DNA from: Deltaproteobacteria bacterium
GTDB taxonomy: Bacteria > Myxococcota_A > Polyangia > Polyangiales > Houyiibacteriaceae
Assembly (NCBI GenBank): GCA_034670305.1
Contig: JAXMNT010000029.1
Coordinates: 31,116-95,115, forward strand
Direction: 5' to 3'
Length of the DNA: 64,000 nucleotides
Position numbers and translations under genes: made by a program. The notes below the pieces were generated by a model, which was given only the letters and a program-made list of their open reading frames with translations, had not been told where the DNA came from and searched no databases. Below are positions 37,089 through 47,500 of the stretch, piece by piece (the stretch's first letter is position 1; the number at the start of each line of letters is the position of its first letter).

Positions 37089-39110
37089 TCAAAGCACCGA
37101 ACCGGTCCAGGGGGCCGGGACCTGTTCCATGGGGGTGGTGCGCATGGTGGTGGTCATGCTGCCAGGCGGCGGAATGCTCCAGTCGATCCCATCTTCGGGA
37201 ATCGGCCGTGGCGTCTCCGTCATCGTGTCGTGGGCGGGCATCGTCGGAGGCGCCATTTGCGGCTCCGGGTTCAGGTCGACCGCGGTCGAACGTTCGGACC
37301 GAACGACGGCCGGCGGGGTGTTGCGTCCGCGCCGGCTGACGGTGAACGAAGCCCGGAACTCGACCGGTTCGCGGGACTGGGCACGGAAGCGCACCTCGTG
37401 GCTCCCGAGCGTTCGAAAGACGTACGACGCGGTCCACTGACCTTCGAATGCGCCGGCGGCCGCCGGGATCGTGGCCAGGCGGCGTCGACCGCGCCAGACT
37501 TCGAACCGAGGTTCGGTCGCGGCGACATCCGCTGTGTCGACGACCGACACGAAACTCGTCGCCTCGTTGTAGATCGGGTCGTGCGGCAGCGTCGCGACAC
37601 CGGGGTCCGGCCGGGCCGCACGTGCTTCTGCGTCCTCGATGTCGTGCAGCGCTTGCACGGCGCGCTCGTCGCCCGGGCTGAACACCAACACCCGCTGCCA
37701 GATCGCCCGGGCGTGATCGAAGTGGCCTTCTTCGAACTCTTCAGCGGCGCGTTCGCGAAGCCGAAGCACCGCCTCGCGCCGGACCTCTTGGGCGACCGGG
37801 TGGCCCGGCTCTCGCTCCAGCATGCGCGCGCTCAACTCGAGCACGTTCTCCCCCGGCGGCGCATCCAGATGGTCGGTCGCGAGCGCCGTCCGGGCCCGCG
37901 TGACGAGCATCTCCATGTCGTCCGGGCCGGGGGCGGTCAGGTGTCGGACGAGCTGTACCCCGCCTACGACGCCCGCGGCGCCCAGGACGAACGCGAGCAG
38001 CATCGCGAGCCCTTTGGGTTTGCGTCGGCTCAGGCCGGGCACCCGGAACTCGTCGTCGGGGGGGTGAATGGCACCGACCCCACTGGGGGTGGCGGACGGC
38101 AATCGGGGCGACCAGCTGCCGCGCGAGGTGTTGTTGGGGAGCGTGACGCCGCAGCGTTCGGCGGCGGACACGAGCGCCTCGGCGAACTCGCCGGCATCGG
38201 TCCACCGCGCGCTCGGGTTCTTGGCGAGCGAGCGCATGATCACGTCCGCGATCGGTTGCGGCACCCGATGCCCGTGCGGCCGCGAGCCGAGCGGAGGCGC
38301 GGTCTCGTGGATGTGTTTCATCAACATCGCGACTGGCGTGTTCGCGTCGAACGGGGTCACCCCGCACATCAGCTGGTAGGCGAGGGTGCCGATCGAATAG
38401 ACGTCGCTGCGCGCGTCGGTCGGCTCGCCGCTCGCCCCTTCCGGCGAGATGTACCGCGCGGTGCCGAAGATGACGCCGGACTGGGTCATCGCGGTCTGTT
38501 CGTCCCAGAGCAAGCGGGCGATGCCGAAGTCGAGCACCTTCACGAAGTCTGGATCGTTGTGCTTCGTGACCAGCATGACGTTCTCGGGTTTCACGTCCCG
38601 ATGCACGATGCCCTTCTGGTGGGCCATGCCGATCGCGCCGCAGATCTGGGTGGCGATGTGGATCGCGCGCCCCACGCTCAGCGCCCCGTCGGCCTGGAGC
38701 ACCTGGGTGAGGCTGCGGCCACGCAGGTGCTCCATGACGAGGTACAGACCCGCTCCGTCCGGCAACTCTCCGAAGAGAAACACCCGCACGAGGTTCGGAT
38801 GCTCGAGGCTGGTGGCGACTTTGGCCTCCCGGTGGAAGCGCCGGGTCGCGTCCGGGTTCGAGGCGAGCTCCGGGTGGAGGATCTTCACCGCGACGTCGCG
38901 GTTGAGGTTCGTCTGATGGGCCCGGTACACGGTGCCCATGCCGCCCGATCCGATCGCCTCTTCGATGCGAAACTGACCGAGCAAGATCTTGCCCACGAAG
39001 GGGTCTGGGTGGCCTTGTTCCGTGAGGCGCGCGCCGTCCTTCTGGCAGAACTCGGCCGCCACGTCGTACGGCGTGCCACAGAGGGAACAAACCTTGGCGG
39101 GGGCAACCAT
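37089..39110 (-). CDS. Membrane-anchored Ser/Thr protein kinase with N-terminal zinc-ribbon-like motif
   Basis: CSLC...CQKDG; GSGGMGTVY, VAVK, HRDVKPEN, DFG, YISPE; TM. Start 39110 or 39128. Confidence 0.93.
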   Translation of the reverse strand: MVAPAKVCSLCGTPYDVAAEFCQKDGARLTEQGHPDPFVGKILLGQFRIEEAIGSGGMGTVYRAHQTNLNRDVAVKILHPELASNPDATRRFHREAKVATSLEHPNLVRVFLFGELPDGAGLYLVMEHLRGRSLTQVLQADGALSVGRAIHIATQICGAIGMAHQKGIVHRDVKPENVMLVTKHNDPDFVKVLDFGIARLLWDEQTAMTQSGVIFGTARYISPEGASGEPTDARSDVYSIGTLAYQLMCGVTPFDANTPVAMLMKHIHETAPPLGSRPHGHRVPQPIADVIMRSLAKNPSARWTDAGEFAEALVSAAERCGVTLPNNTSRGSWSPRLPSATPSGVGAIHPPDDEFRVPGLSRRKPKGLAMLLAFVLGAAGVVGGVQLVRHLTAPGPDDMEMLVTRARTALATDHLDAPPGENVLELSARMLEREPGHPVAQEVRREAVLRLRERAAEEFEEGHFDHARAIWQRVLVFSPGDERAVQALHDIEDAEARAARPDPGVATLPHDPIYNEATSFVSVVDTADVAATEPRFEVWRGRRRLATIPAAAGAFEGQWTASYVFRTLGSHEVRFRAQSREPVEFRASFTVSRRGRNTPPAVVRSERSTAVDLNPEPQMAPPTMPAHDTMTETPRPIPEDGIDWSIPPPGSMTTTMRTTPMEQVPAPWTGSVL

Positions 39111-39181
39111 GGCGGAAGCGGGACTCATCTCGGCCAGAGCCGACAATCGAAACGGTGAACACGCGTCACCGGATCCGGGTG

Positions 39182-39200
39182 TGGGGGCCGTGCCCCCAAG
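39182..39200 (+). repeat. Intergenic hairpin repeat TGGGGGCCGTGCCCCCAAG (copy 2)
   Basis: Identical to 22304-22322. Confidence 0.75.
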
Positions 39201-39364
39201 GAAACCTTGTGGGTAACACTGCGGTGCCCCACCGTCGAGTTTGGCACCCATCTCCTCTGGTGCGTGCTGTGGGTCGGGCCCATACCGCCTCTGACGGTCC
39301 AACCCCCCGAAAGATTTGATCCATCCCCGATTCCAGCGATGGCGTGGAGGGTGTTCGGAACCGA

Positions 39365-39394
39365 TTGCACCGCGCGCCAGCCTTCGCATACCCT
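39365..39394 (+). promoter_or_regulatory. Putative sigma70 promoter giving a leaderless mRNA
   Basis: TTGCAC-N18-TACCCT, 6 nt before ATG 39401. Confidence 0.55.
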
Positions 39395-39400
39395 GCCGGC

Positions 39401-40642
39401 ATGGTCCGACCCTCTCGTGCGGCAGGTTCCTTCCTCGCCACGCTCACGCTGCTTTCGGCATTCGCGCCCAACCTCGCGGCTGCCCAGCAGACGTCTGTCA
39501 TCGTCCTCGGGATTCGTTCCGTGGAGGGCGACGACACCGTCGCGAACAACCTATCCGGCGCGCTTCGAAACGCGGCCGGCAACGTCAACGAGTGGGACGT
39601 GGCCGACGCCGAGGTCTCCCTCGCGCAGATGTCCATGGCCCACGGCTGCGACGAACCTGATGCGGCGTGTATGGCCGAGATCAGCGGAGACCTTGGTCAG
39701 CAGCGCACGATCTATGGAACGGTCCGCCGGACCGGTGCCGGCGCCGAGTACGACTTCGCGCTGACCCTCTACTTCTACAACGCCGAGTCTGGTCAGATCG
39801 AAGACTCGCTCACCGACACCATTCCCCGCATCCAGCAGGACATCGACGATCTGCGGGCCCGGGCAACGCGCTACGTCTCGCAGTTCGCAGGTCAGGCGCG
39901 GTTCGGATCCGTCCGGGTCCACGTGAACCAGGCCGCAGCGAACGTCGAGTTGGACGGTGAGTCGGTCGGCATCACCGACAGCGAAGGCGTGCTCCTCGTC
40001 CAGGACGTCACCGAAGGCCAGCACGAGCTGCACGTGTCGGCCGATGGATACGACACCTTCATCGGCACCGTGCGCGTCGTCGCGGACGAGCAGAGCGACT
40101 TCCGCGGCAACCTCGTCGCGGAGAGCAGCGCGAACCTCGGCTGGATCCCCGGCGCGGCGATGATCGTCGTCGGTGGCGCGCTCGCGGGCGTCGGCATCTC
40201 GAGCTGGGCGCAGCGCAACAGCCGCAACAGCGATGGCGACCGAGTTCGCAACCTCTCGACCGACGAACAGATCCGGATCGCCGGAGAGATCGGCGGCGCG
40301 GGCACGGACGTGCAGTTCATGGACGGCACCAGCCTCTCGAACTGGCAGATCATGGTCGCCGCGGGGCAGGGCAGCGATGTCTGTGCCGAAGGTGCCGCGG
40401 GCGCAGCCGAGCGTCGGCTCGGTGCCACCACCATTCGCGACGAGTGCGATCAGACCGACAAATACAAGCGCAACGCGATCATCTTCAACGTGCTCGGTCT
40501 CGCGATCGGCGGCACGGGCATCGCGCTGCTCATGATGGCCCTCACGGGCGGCGGCGACGACGACTCGGAGACCGCGCGGTTGCGACTGACGCCGTCCTTC
40601 GGTCGACGTGGCGGCGGCTTCTCGGCAGCGCTCGACTTCTAG
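39401..40642 (+). CDS. Secreted/membrane PEGA-domain protein
   Basis: Signal peptide; ANVELDGESVG...GQHELHVSADGY; two TM-like helices; C-terminal LTPSFGRRGGGFSAALDF. Confidence 0.8.
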   Translation: MVRPSRAAGSFLATLTLLSAFAPNLAAAQQTSVIVLGIRSVEGDDTVANNLSGALRNAAGNVNEWDVADAEVSLAQMSMAHGCDEPDAACMAEISGDLGQQRTIYGTVRRTGAGAEYDFALTLYFYNAESGQIEDSLTDTIPRIQQDIDDLRARATRYVSQFAGQARFGSVRVHVNQAAANVELDGESVGITDSEGVLLVQDVTEGQHELHVSADGYDTFIGTVRVVADEQSDFRGNLVAESSANLGWIPGAAMIVVGGALAGVGISSWAQRNSRNSDGDRVRNLSTDEQIRIAGEIGGAGTDVQFMDGTSLSNWQIMVAAGQGSDVCAEGAAGAAERRLGATTIRDECDQTDKYKRNAIIFNVLGLAIGGTGIALLMMALTGGGDDDSETARLRLTPSFGRRGGGFSAALDF

Positions 40643-40645
40643 TTC

Positions 40646-41236
40646 GTGCGGATCGTCGGCGGGAGCCTTCGCGGTCGACGGCTCGATGCGCCGAAAGGCG
40701 ACCGCACCCGACCGACCTCGGATCGGGTGCGGGAGTCCCTCTTCAACGCACTGAGCGCCCGCGACCTCGTGCGCGGGCGGGTGCTCGATCTCTACGCGGG
40801 CAGTGGCGCGCTCGGGTTCGAGGCGCTCTCTCGGGGCGCGGATCCACTGGTGTCGGTCGAACGCGACCGGGCGGCGGCCAAGCAGTGGCAGAAGAACGCC
40901 GACGCCTTGGGGCTCGACGCCCGTGCCCAGTTGCTGGTCGCCGATCTCACCGACCGCCAGACGCAGAAGCGGCTGTACGCGCTCGGTCCGTACGACTTGG
41001 TGTTTGCCGACCCGCCCTACGCTCAGCTTCGGGTGGCGATCACGGCGCTGCAGTCGCTCCTCCCCGCCTGCGCGGATCAGGCCACGATCGTCCTCGAACA
41101 CGACGCCTCCGACAGCCCTTTGTGGCCCGTGCAGACTGTGCCCACCGACGCGACGCTCGAATCCCTCGCCACGTACCGGTATGGTGCGACCGCGCTGCAA
41201 CTCTGGCGGGTGCATAGACCCGCCGCGTCCCCCTGA
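40646..41236 (+). CDS. rsmD: 16S rRNA m2G966 methyltransferase
   Basis: MRIVGG, RPTSDRVRESLFN, LDLYAGSGALGFEALSRG, DPPY; adjacent to coaD. Confidence 0.95.
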   Translation: MRIVGGSLRGRRLDAPKGDRTRPTSDRVRESLFNALSARDLVRGRVLDLYAGSGALGFEALSRGADPLVSVERDRAAAKQWQKNADALGLDARAQLLVADLTDRQTQKRLYALGPYDLVFADPPYAQLRVAITALQSLLPACADQATIVLEHDASDSPLWPVQTVPTDATLESLATYRYGATALQLWRVHRPAASP

Positions 41237-41253
41237 TCCGACAGGTCTTCCAG

Positions 41254-41790
41254 ATGAGCGAGTCCATCCCCGCATCGACTTCACCGCGCATCGCGGTGTA
41301 CGCCGGCTCCTTCGATCCCATCACCCACGGGCACACTTCCATTCTTCGAAGCGGGCTCAAAGCGTTCGACAAGATCGTGGTCGCGGTGCTCTACAACGAG
41401 CGCAAGAAGGCCCTCTTCTCGGTGGAAGAACGCATCGAACTCATCAAGGCCGCGGTCGTGGAGATGGGCGAAGACCCAGCGCGCATCACCGTGGACAGCT
41501 TCGACGGGCTGCTCGTCGACTACTGCGAGACGGTGGGCGCGAACATCATCTTGCGCGGACTGCGTGCGGTCGCCGACTTCGAGTACGAGTTGCAGATGGC
41601 CAACATGAACCGCCACCTGCGTCCCCACATCGAGACCGTGTTCATCATGGCGGACGACGCGTACTTCTACGTCTCTTCGAACCTCGTCAAAGAGGCCGCG
41701 AAGCTGGGCGGCGACGTGTATGCGCTGGTGCCCGAGGCGGTGGCCGCGGGACTCAAAGCCAAGCTGCTGACCGGGACCTCCGGACAGTAG
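41254..41790 (+). CDS. coaD: Pantetheine-phosphate adenylyltransferase
   Basis: GSFDPITHGH, RGLRAVADFEYE, VSSNLVKE. Confidence 0.97.
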   Translation: MSESIPASTSPRIAVYAGSFDPITHGHTSILRSGLKAFDKIVVAVLYNERKKALFSVEERIELIKAAVVEMGEDPARITVDSFDGLLVDYCETVGANIILRGLRAVADFEYELQMANMNRHLRPHIETVFIMADDAYFYVSSNLVKEAAKLGGDVYALVPEAVAAGLKAKLLTGTSGQ

Positions 41791-42959
41791 GTGGGCGGCC
41801 TGAGCGCGTTGCTGTCGAGCAAGCGCTGCAGAGCGGGCAACGCACGGACGGAGACCCGGCCAAGTCGGAGTCGATGGAGCGCTTGCATCGGGCCCGCAGG
41901 GTGGGCGCGCACAGCCGTGCGCACGTCCAACCATCCGCGCAGGTAGCTGGCGTCGCGCGTCAGCCCGCCTCCGCGGTAGCTGCGCAAGGCGAGGGCGATG
42001 GCCGCCCCGGGCCGAAACCCGTACTCGCCCACCAGCAACCGGGCGACGTCCTCGAACGCGACATCCTCGTGGACCCGATCGGTGCACCAGACCCGCGCCG
42101 CGAAGGTGCGCACCCGCAAGTCGTCGAGCAGGTCGCTTTCGGCCTCGAGCTGAATCGCGACCCCTTCTTGGTCGGCGAACGCGCCGGCCGTGCCGACCTG
42201 CACCACGGCAAGTGGTTGCGCCCGTGCGTTGGCGGCGGCCGTGAGGTGTCCGAGGACTTCGTGCACCGCGAGTCGACGGGCTTCGCGCGGACCGAACCGG
42301 CGGTCGGCCAGAAAGACGGTGCGCTCCCCAGCCGCCGCATTGGCCACGAGACCCGGTTCGATGCGGATCTCCACATCGAGGCCCGCGCCTCGCGCGATCG
42401 CCTGAACCACTTCGGCGACGTCGGACGCATCGAGGGTGCGCGCTTCCATCTGTGGCTGCAGTTCGTCGAGGAGGGCGCCGGCGACCACGGCGAGGGGTAC
42501 GTCACCGCCGCCCAGCCTCATCGTGGTGGCCCCGGTCGGGTACCGGCGCCGCGCGATGCTTCGCACCTGCCGACCGTTGCCGAGGCACTCCATCAGCTGC
42601 AGCTCCAGCTCGAGCTCGTCGAGTCGGTCCAGGTGCAGCTGGGTTTCCGCCACGTCGGTGGCGAGCCGGCGCGCTTCGGCCAGCGCCGTCCACGCGTGCC
42701 GTGGGACCTGCACCGGCAAAAGCTCGAGTCTCGGGTTGAGGTGACGGCCCGCTTCGAGTCCTGCGACCAGTTCCTTTCGGCTCGCCCTGGTGCCACGGGC
42801 GGTCAGCGCAGGAAGACCACGCGCGACGTCGCCGACCTGGCGAAGCCGTGCATCCAACTCCAGCTGGCTGTTCGACCGAGGCCGCGTGCGACCGGTGGCG
42901 CCGGCGCGAACGCGTCGGTCGCGCACATCCTGGCCACCGCTGGGCGGTTCGGACATCAA
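41667..42959 (-). CDS. DUF1704 / QEGLA-motif (MATCAP-like) metallopeptidase
   Basis: VHEVLGH zinc motif, DQEGVA, RSYRGGG...RDASYLRG. Confidence 0.85.
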   Translation of the reverse strand: MMSEPPSGGQDVRDRRVRAGATGRTRPRSNSQLELDARLRQVGDVARGLPALTARGTRASRKELVAGLEAGRHLNPRLELLPVQVPRHAWTALAEARRLATDVAETQLHLDRLDELELELQLMECLGNGRQVRSIARRRYPTGATTMRLGGGDVPLAVVAGALLDELQPQMEARTLDASDVAEVVQAIARGAGLDVEIRIEPGLVANAAAGERTVFLADRRFGPREARRLAVHEVLGHLTAAANARAQPLAVVQVGTAGAFADQEGVAIQLEAESDLLDDLRVRTFAARVWCTDRVHEDVAFEDVARLLVGEYGFRPGAAIALALRSYRGGGLTRDASYLRGWLDVRTAVRAHPAGPMQALHRLRLGRVSVRALPALQRLLDSNALRPPTYCPEVPVSSLALSPAATASGTSAYTSPPSFAASLTRFEET

Positions 42960-42963
42960 GCGG

Positions 42964-44298
42964 TCACAACAGCTGCGTGGCCCGCTCGGCGAGTTCGCTG
43001 CGCTCGCCCTTTTGCAGCATCACATGCGCGCCGATGGCTTCTTGGCGGAACCGTTCGGCGACGATCGTCAGGCCATTGCTGGCGGAGTCGACGTAAGGGT
43101 TGTCGATCTGGTCCGGGTCGCCGGTCAACACGATCTTCGTGTTGGCGCCTGCACGCGTGATGACGGTCTTCACCTCGTGCGGGGTGAGGTTCTGCGCTTC
43201 GTCGACGATGAGGTACTGGTTCGGAAGCGAGCGGCCACGGATGTACGTGAGCGGCTCGATCTGAATCACGCCGGACGCCAAGAGTTCTTGGTGGTCTCGG
43301 TGGTCGCTCATGCGGCGACGGGCGGCACCGAAGATGTACTCGAGGTTGTCGAAGATCGGCTGCATCCACGGGTTGAGCTTCTCTTCGAGCGTGCCGGGCA
43401 AGTACCCGACGTCTCGACCGAGCGGGAAGATCGGCCGGGAGACCACCAGACGCGCGAAGGCGCCTTCCTCGAGCACGTTCTGAAGCCCGGCCGCGACCGC
43501 GAGCAGGGTCTTTCCGGTGCCCGCTTTGCCCACCAAGGTCACGAGGTGGATGGTCGGGTCGAGCAGCATGTCGAGCGCGAAGTACTGTTCGAGGTTCCGA
43601 GGACGGATGCCCCAGGCACCCTCCCTCGAGACGCGAAGCGGTGCGATGACCTGCTCGCTTTCGCGGTACCGGCCGAGCGCGGTGTGCCGTTCGTGGTTCG
43701 AGTCCCGAAGCACGATGCAGGCGTTGGGGTGAAGTTCTTCGTCCGGAAGGTCGAGCTCCGAGAGTGGAACCGTCTCGCGTTTGCCGAGCAGGTCGACCAG
43801 ATCCTTGGCGACGTCGAGCGTGTAGACGCCCGAGTAGAGTTCGCCCACGCGAAGCCGGCCGCCTTCGTAGTTCTCCGCGATGAGACCCATCGCATCCGCC
43901 CGGATGCGCAGGTTCGAGTCCATCGTGACGAAGACGATCTTGCTCTCCGGTTTGCTGTCCCGGAGCTCGAGCGCGGTCCCCATGATGGCGTGGTCCATCG
44001 CCCGGTTGTCGCGGTTGCGCCAGAGCTTGGGATCTTCAGGCACGAAGACGATGAGTGTGCCGCCCTCATCCAGCTGCACCCCGTCTTGCAGCGACGTGTT
44101 GCTCTCTCGCAGGCGGTCCAGCGTCCGCGCGAGCGAGCGTGCGTTGCGGCCCCGTTCGCTCAGCTCCTTCTTGAACTGATCGACCTCTTCGATGACGTAG
44201 ATCGGAATCACGACGGTGTTCTCTTCGAACTTGAAGATCGCGTGGGGGTCGTGAAGGAGGACGTTGGTGTCGAGAACGAAGATCTTGGGTTGCTGCAT
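42964..44298 (-). CDS. PIN + PhoH ATPase (PhoH2/YlaK-like)
   Basis: FVLDTNVLLHDP, D..LRIRAD, GKAGTGKT, YIRGRS, DEAQN, GDPDQID. Confidence 0.95.
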   Translation of the reverse strand: MQQPKIFVLDTNVLLHDPHAIFKFEENTVVIPIYVIEEVDQFKKELSERGRNARSLARTLDRLRESNTSLQDGVQLDEGGTLIVFVPEDPKLWRNRDNRAMDHAIMGTALELRDSKPESKIVFVTMDSNLRIRADAMGLIAENYEGGRLRVGELYSGVYTLDVAKDLVDLLGKRETVPLSELDLPDEELHPNACIVLRDSNHERHTALGRYRESEQVIAPLRVSREGAWGIRPRNLEQYFALDMLLDPTIHLVTLVGKAGTGKTLLAVAAGLQNVLEEGAFARLVVSRPIFPLGRDVGYLPGTLEEKLNPWMQPIFDNLEYIFGAARRRMSDHRDHQELLASGVIQIEPLTYIRGRSLPNQYLIVDEAQNLTPHEVKTVITRAGANTKIVLTGDPDQIDNPYVDSASNGLTIVAERFRQEAIGAHVMLQKGERSELAERATQLL

Positions 44299-44556
44299 TC
44301 AGTCGTGGGGTAGGGGCCACCGGGTGTTCGGGGCCGCCGACCGTACCCAGGACCGCGATCGGGCGCAAACCCCCGATGCCTCCCAAAACGCACTGGGTTT
44401 CGAAAGGTCTGCCGCACCGTTCGATGCGCCCTCAGAGCGGGCTTCAGAAATACGTGTCAGGCAATGCCGCTGGACCCGGTTTGCGACGGTGCTAGACCGA
44501 AGATTGAGAGAGAGCACGACCGTGGGGACGGCCAGGCTCACCCCAGGAGGCTCGTG

Positions 44557-47500
44557 ATGCGGTTTGGATCGATTGGCGTACTCGTGTGCGCGTTTGCACT
44601 TGTGGCTTGTGGCGACGACGACCGGGCGATGCCCGACGGCGGCGACCCGCTGGATGGCGGCGGCATGGATGGATCCGTGGACACCGGGATGCCTCCCGTG
44701 GACACCGGAACCCGCGACGACGCGCCCGGCATGGATGTCGGAGACGACATGGACGCGCCCCCGCCAGTGGACGGCGGCACCGACGGTGGCACGGCCGACA
44801 CCGGGCCGAGTCATTGCAGCGATGGGGTTCGGAGCGGTGACGAGAGCGACACAGACTGTGGCGGCGTCACCTGCGACATGCGCTGCCCCGCCGGCGACGA
44901 TTGCGGCCTGAGCACGGACTGCGAAAGCCGCGTGTGCATCAGCGGCGAGTGCCAGCCCGCCCGCTGCACCGACGGCATCCAGAACGGCATGGAGACCGGC
45001 TCCGACTGCGGTGGCCCCTGCGCGGGCTGCGAACTCGGCGAAGGCTGCCTCATCATGGGCGACTGCGCCTCCGGCGTGTGCGATGGCGGGTTCTGTCAAG
45101 CCGCCCACTGTTTCGACGACGTGCGCAACGCCGACGAAGCCGACGTGGACTGCGGCGGTTCGGCCTGTGGCCCGTGTCTTGCGGGCGACCGCTGCGTCGT
45201 CCCGGCCGACTGCGCCTCGGGCACCTGCATGGGCGGCTTCTGCCTCACCGAGTCGTGCATCAACGGCACACTCGACACCGGCGAGACCGACGTGGACTGC
45301 GGCGGACCGGAATGCCCCGGCTGTGCCGACGGCGAGATGTGCGGGATGGACGACGACTGCCTGAACGATCGCTGCGAAGTCGACACCTGCTCGAGTTGCC
45401 GAGACGGCATGCTCAACGGCACCGAGTCCGATGTGGACTGTGGCGGCGACGACTGTGGCGGCTGCCCGGGTGGCCGTGCGTGCACGGTCGGAACCGACTG
45501 CGCGTCCGAGGAATGCGTCGACATGCTCTGCACCGGCGTGCCGGTCTTCTACGAAGAGGATTTCGAAGGCGACGACGGCGGCTGGACCACCGGCGGCACC
45601 GCCTCGAGCTGGGCGTGGGGCATGCCGAACGGTCCGTTCATCACGGGCGCGGGCGAAGGCACCCGGGCCTGGGTCACGAACCTCACAGGCGACTACAACA
45701 CCAGCGAGAACTCCTACATCGAGTCCCCGCCCATCAACCTGAGCGGCGCCGCGAGCGATCCGGTGCTGAGCTTCGCGCACATCTTCGAGACCGAGTCCTG
45801 CTGCGACGAAGGCTGGGTGGAGATGTCGACCAATGGCGGCGTCACGTACACCAAGATCACCGGTTCGGGCGCCTCCAACTGGTACAACGACACGAGCTCC
45901 CAGTGGTGGGACGGCACCAGCGGCTCCTCCGGCGTGTGGCGTCGCGCGACGACCCGTCTGCTGGGCGCGTCCCGCCAGATGGACGTTCGGCTCCGGTTCT
46001 ACTTCTCGTCGGACGGTTCGATTCAGAACGATGGCTTCGGCGTCGACGACGTGATCATCCGTTCGCCCTCGCCGCCCAACCTCTCCGTCACGCTGCGCCC
46101 GCAGCCGGAGACCTGTGGGCAGCTCTTGGCCACCATCGAGAACATCGGCGACATGGAAGCCGCCACGTTCACGATCGTGACCGACGTCGACGGCGTGATG
46201 AGCACCGAAACCGTGACGACCCCCCTGATGGGCGGCGGAAGCATCACGCGAAACATCGACGCGGCGTCTGCCACGACCATCTCGGTCCGGGCCACGGTCG
46301 CGCTCGATCCGGATCGGTCGAACGACTTCGCGTCGTTCTCCGGGAGCACGGTCTTCATTCCGATCGGGCCGGCGGGTTACACCACCGACTTCGAGACGGA
46401 CTCCGGCTGGACCTCTGCTGGAACCAACGACAGCTGGGCCCGCGGTCGCCCGACCGGGACGACCATCAACTCGGCGGTCTCCGGCGAGTTCGCCTGGGTG
46501 ACCAACCCCGAAGGCACGCACAACCGAAGCGAAGAGTCGATGCTGATCTCTCCGTGCTTCGACACCACCGGCAGCGCCGACGTCCAGCTCGTGTTCATGC
46601 ACAACTTCGACACGGACAGCTCTTCGGAAGGCTGGATCGAGTACTCGATCAACGCCGGCATGACCTGGACCAAGTTGAACACCATGGGTGCGACCAACTG
46701 GTACAACGACACGTTCAACGATTGGTGGGACGGCAGCTCCTCCGGCTGGCGCATGGCCGCCGCGGTGATCCCCAGCTCCGGCGGGGTGCGTGGACTTCGC
46801 ATTCGACACCGGGTGAGCAGCCCCTCGTTCTCCACGGTGCGCGAAGGCTTCGCCGTGGACGATGTGCGGCTCGTGCCGCTCCAGACCGACTTGGCCGTCT
46901 CGGTGGTGCCCGCGACCACCTGTGGCCAGGGCGAGGTTCGCATCGAGAACGTCGGCGGCAACACGGTGGACGGCACCACGCTGACCGTGCGCCTCGATGG
47001 GGGCGCGCCGTTCATGGAGGTCATCGACGGACCGATCGAGTTCGGCGAGGTCATCACGCGCATCATCGGGCTCGGTTCGACGACGGTGGAGGCACAGATC
47101 ACCACGACCGGAGACGTCGTGGGCGCCAACGACTCCGCCCTCGTCAACATCGGCTCGGTGCCGATCGGCGCGGGCTACGCGGAGGGCTTCGAGACCAGCG
47201 CCGGCGGCTGGACCACCGATGGCACGAACTCGACGTGGGCGCGCGGCATGCCGTCGGGCGACTTCATCGGCAGCGCCGGTGCGGGCGCCTGGGCGTGGGT
47301 CACCAACCCGGCCGGCGATTACCGCAACAGCGAGAACTCCACCCTCACGTCTCCATGCCTCGATGCGTCGGCGCTGGCGACGGACCCGACGTTGAGCTTC
47401 GAGCACATCTTCGAGACCGAGGGTTGTTGCGACGAGGGCTACGTCGAGATCAGCACCAACGGTGGCAACACCTGGCGCCGGCTCGGTGCGATGGGCACCG

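Noticed and set aside
44300-44460. Possible c-di-GMP-I riboswitch (GCAAACC and GAAA fragments)
   Set aside because: Required stems and motif order could not be formed; Infernal would be needed.
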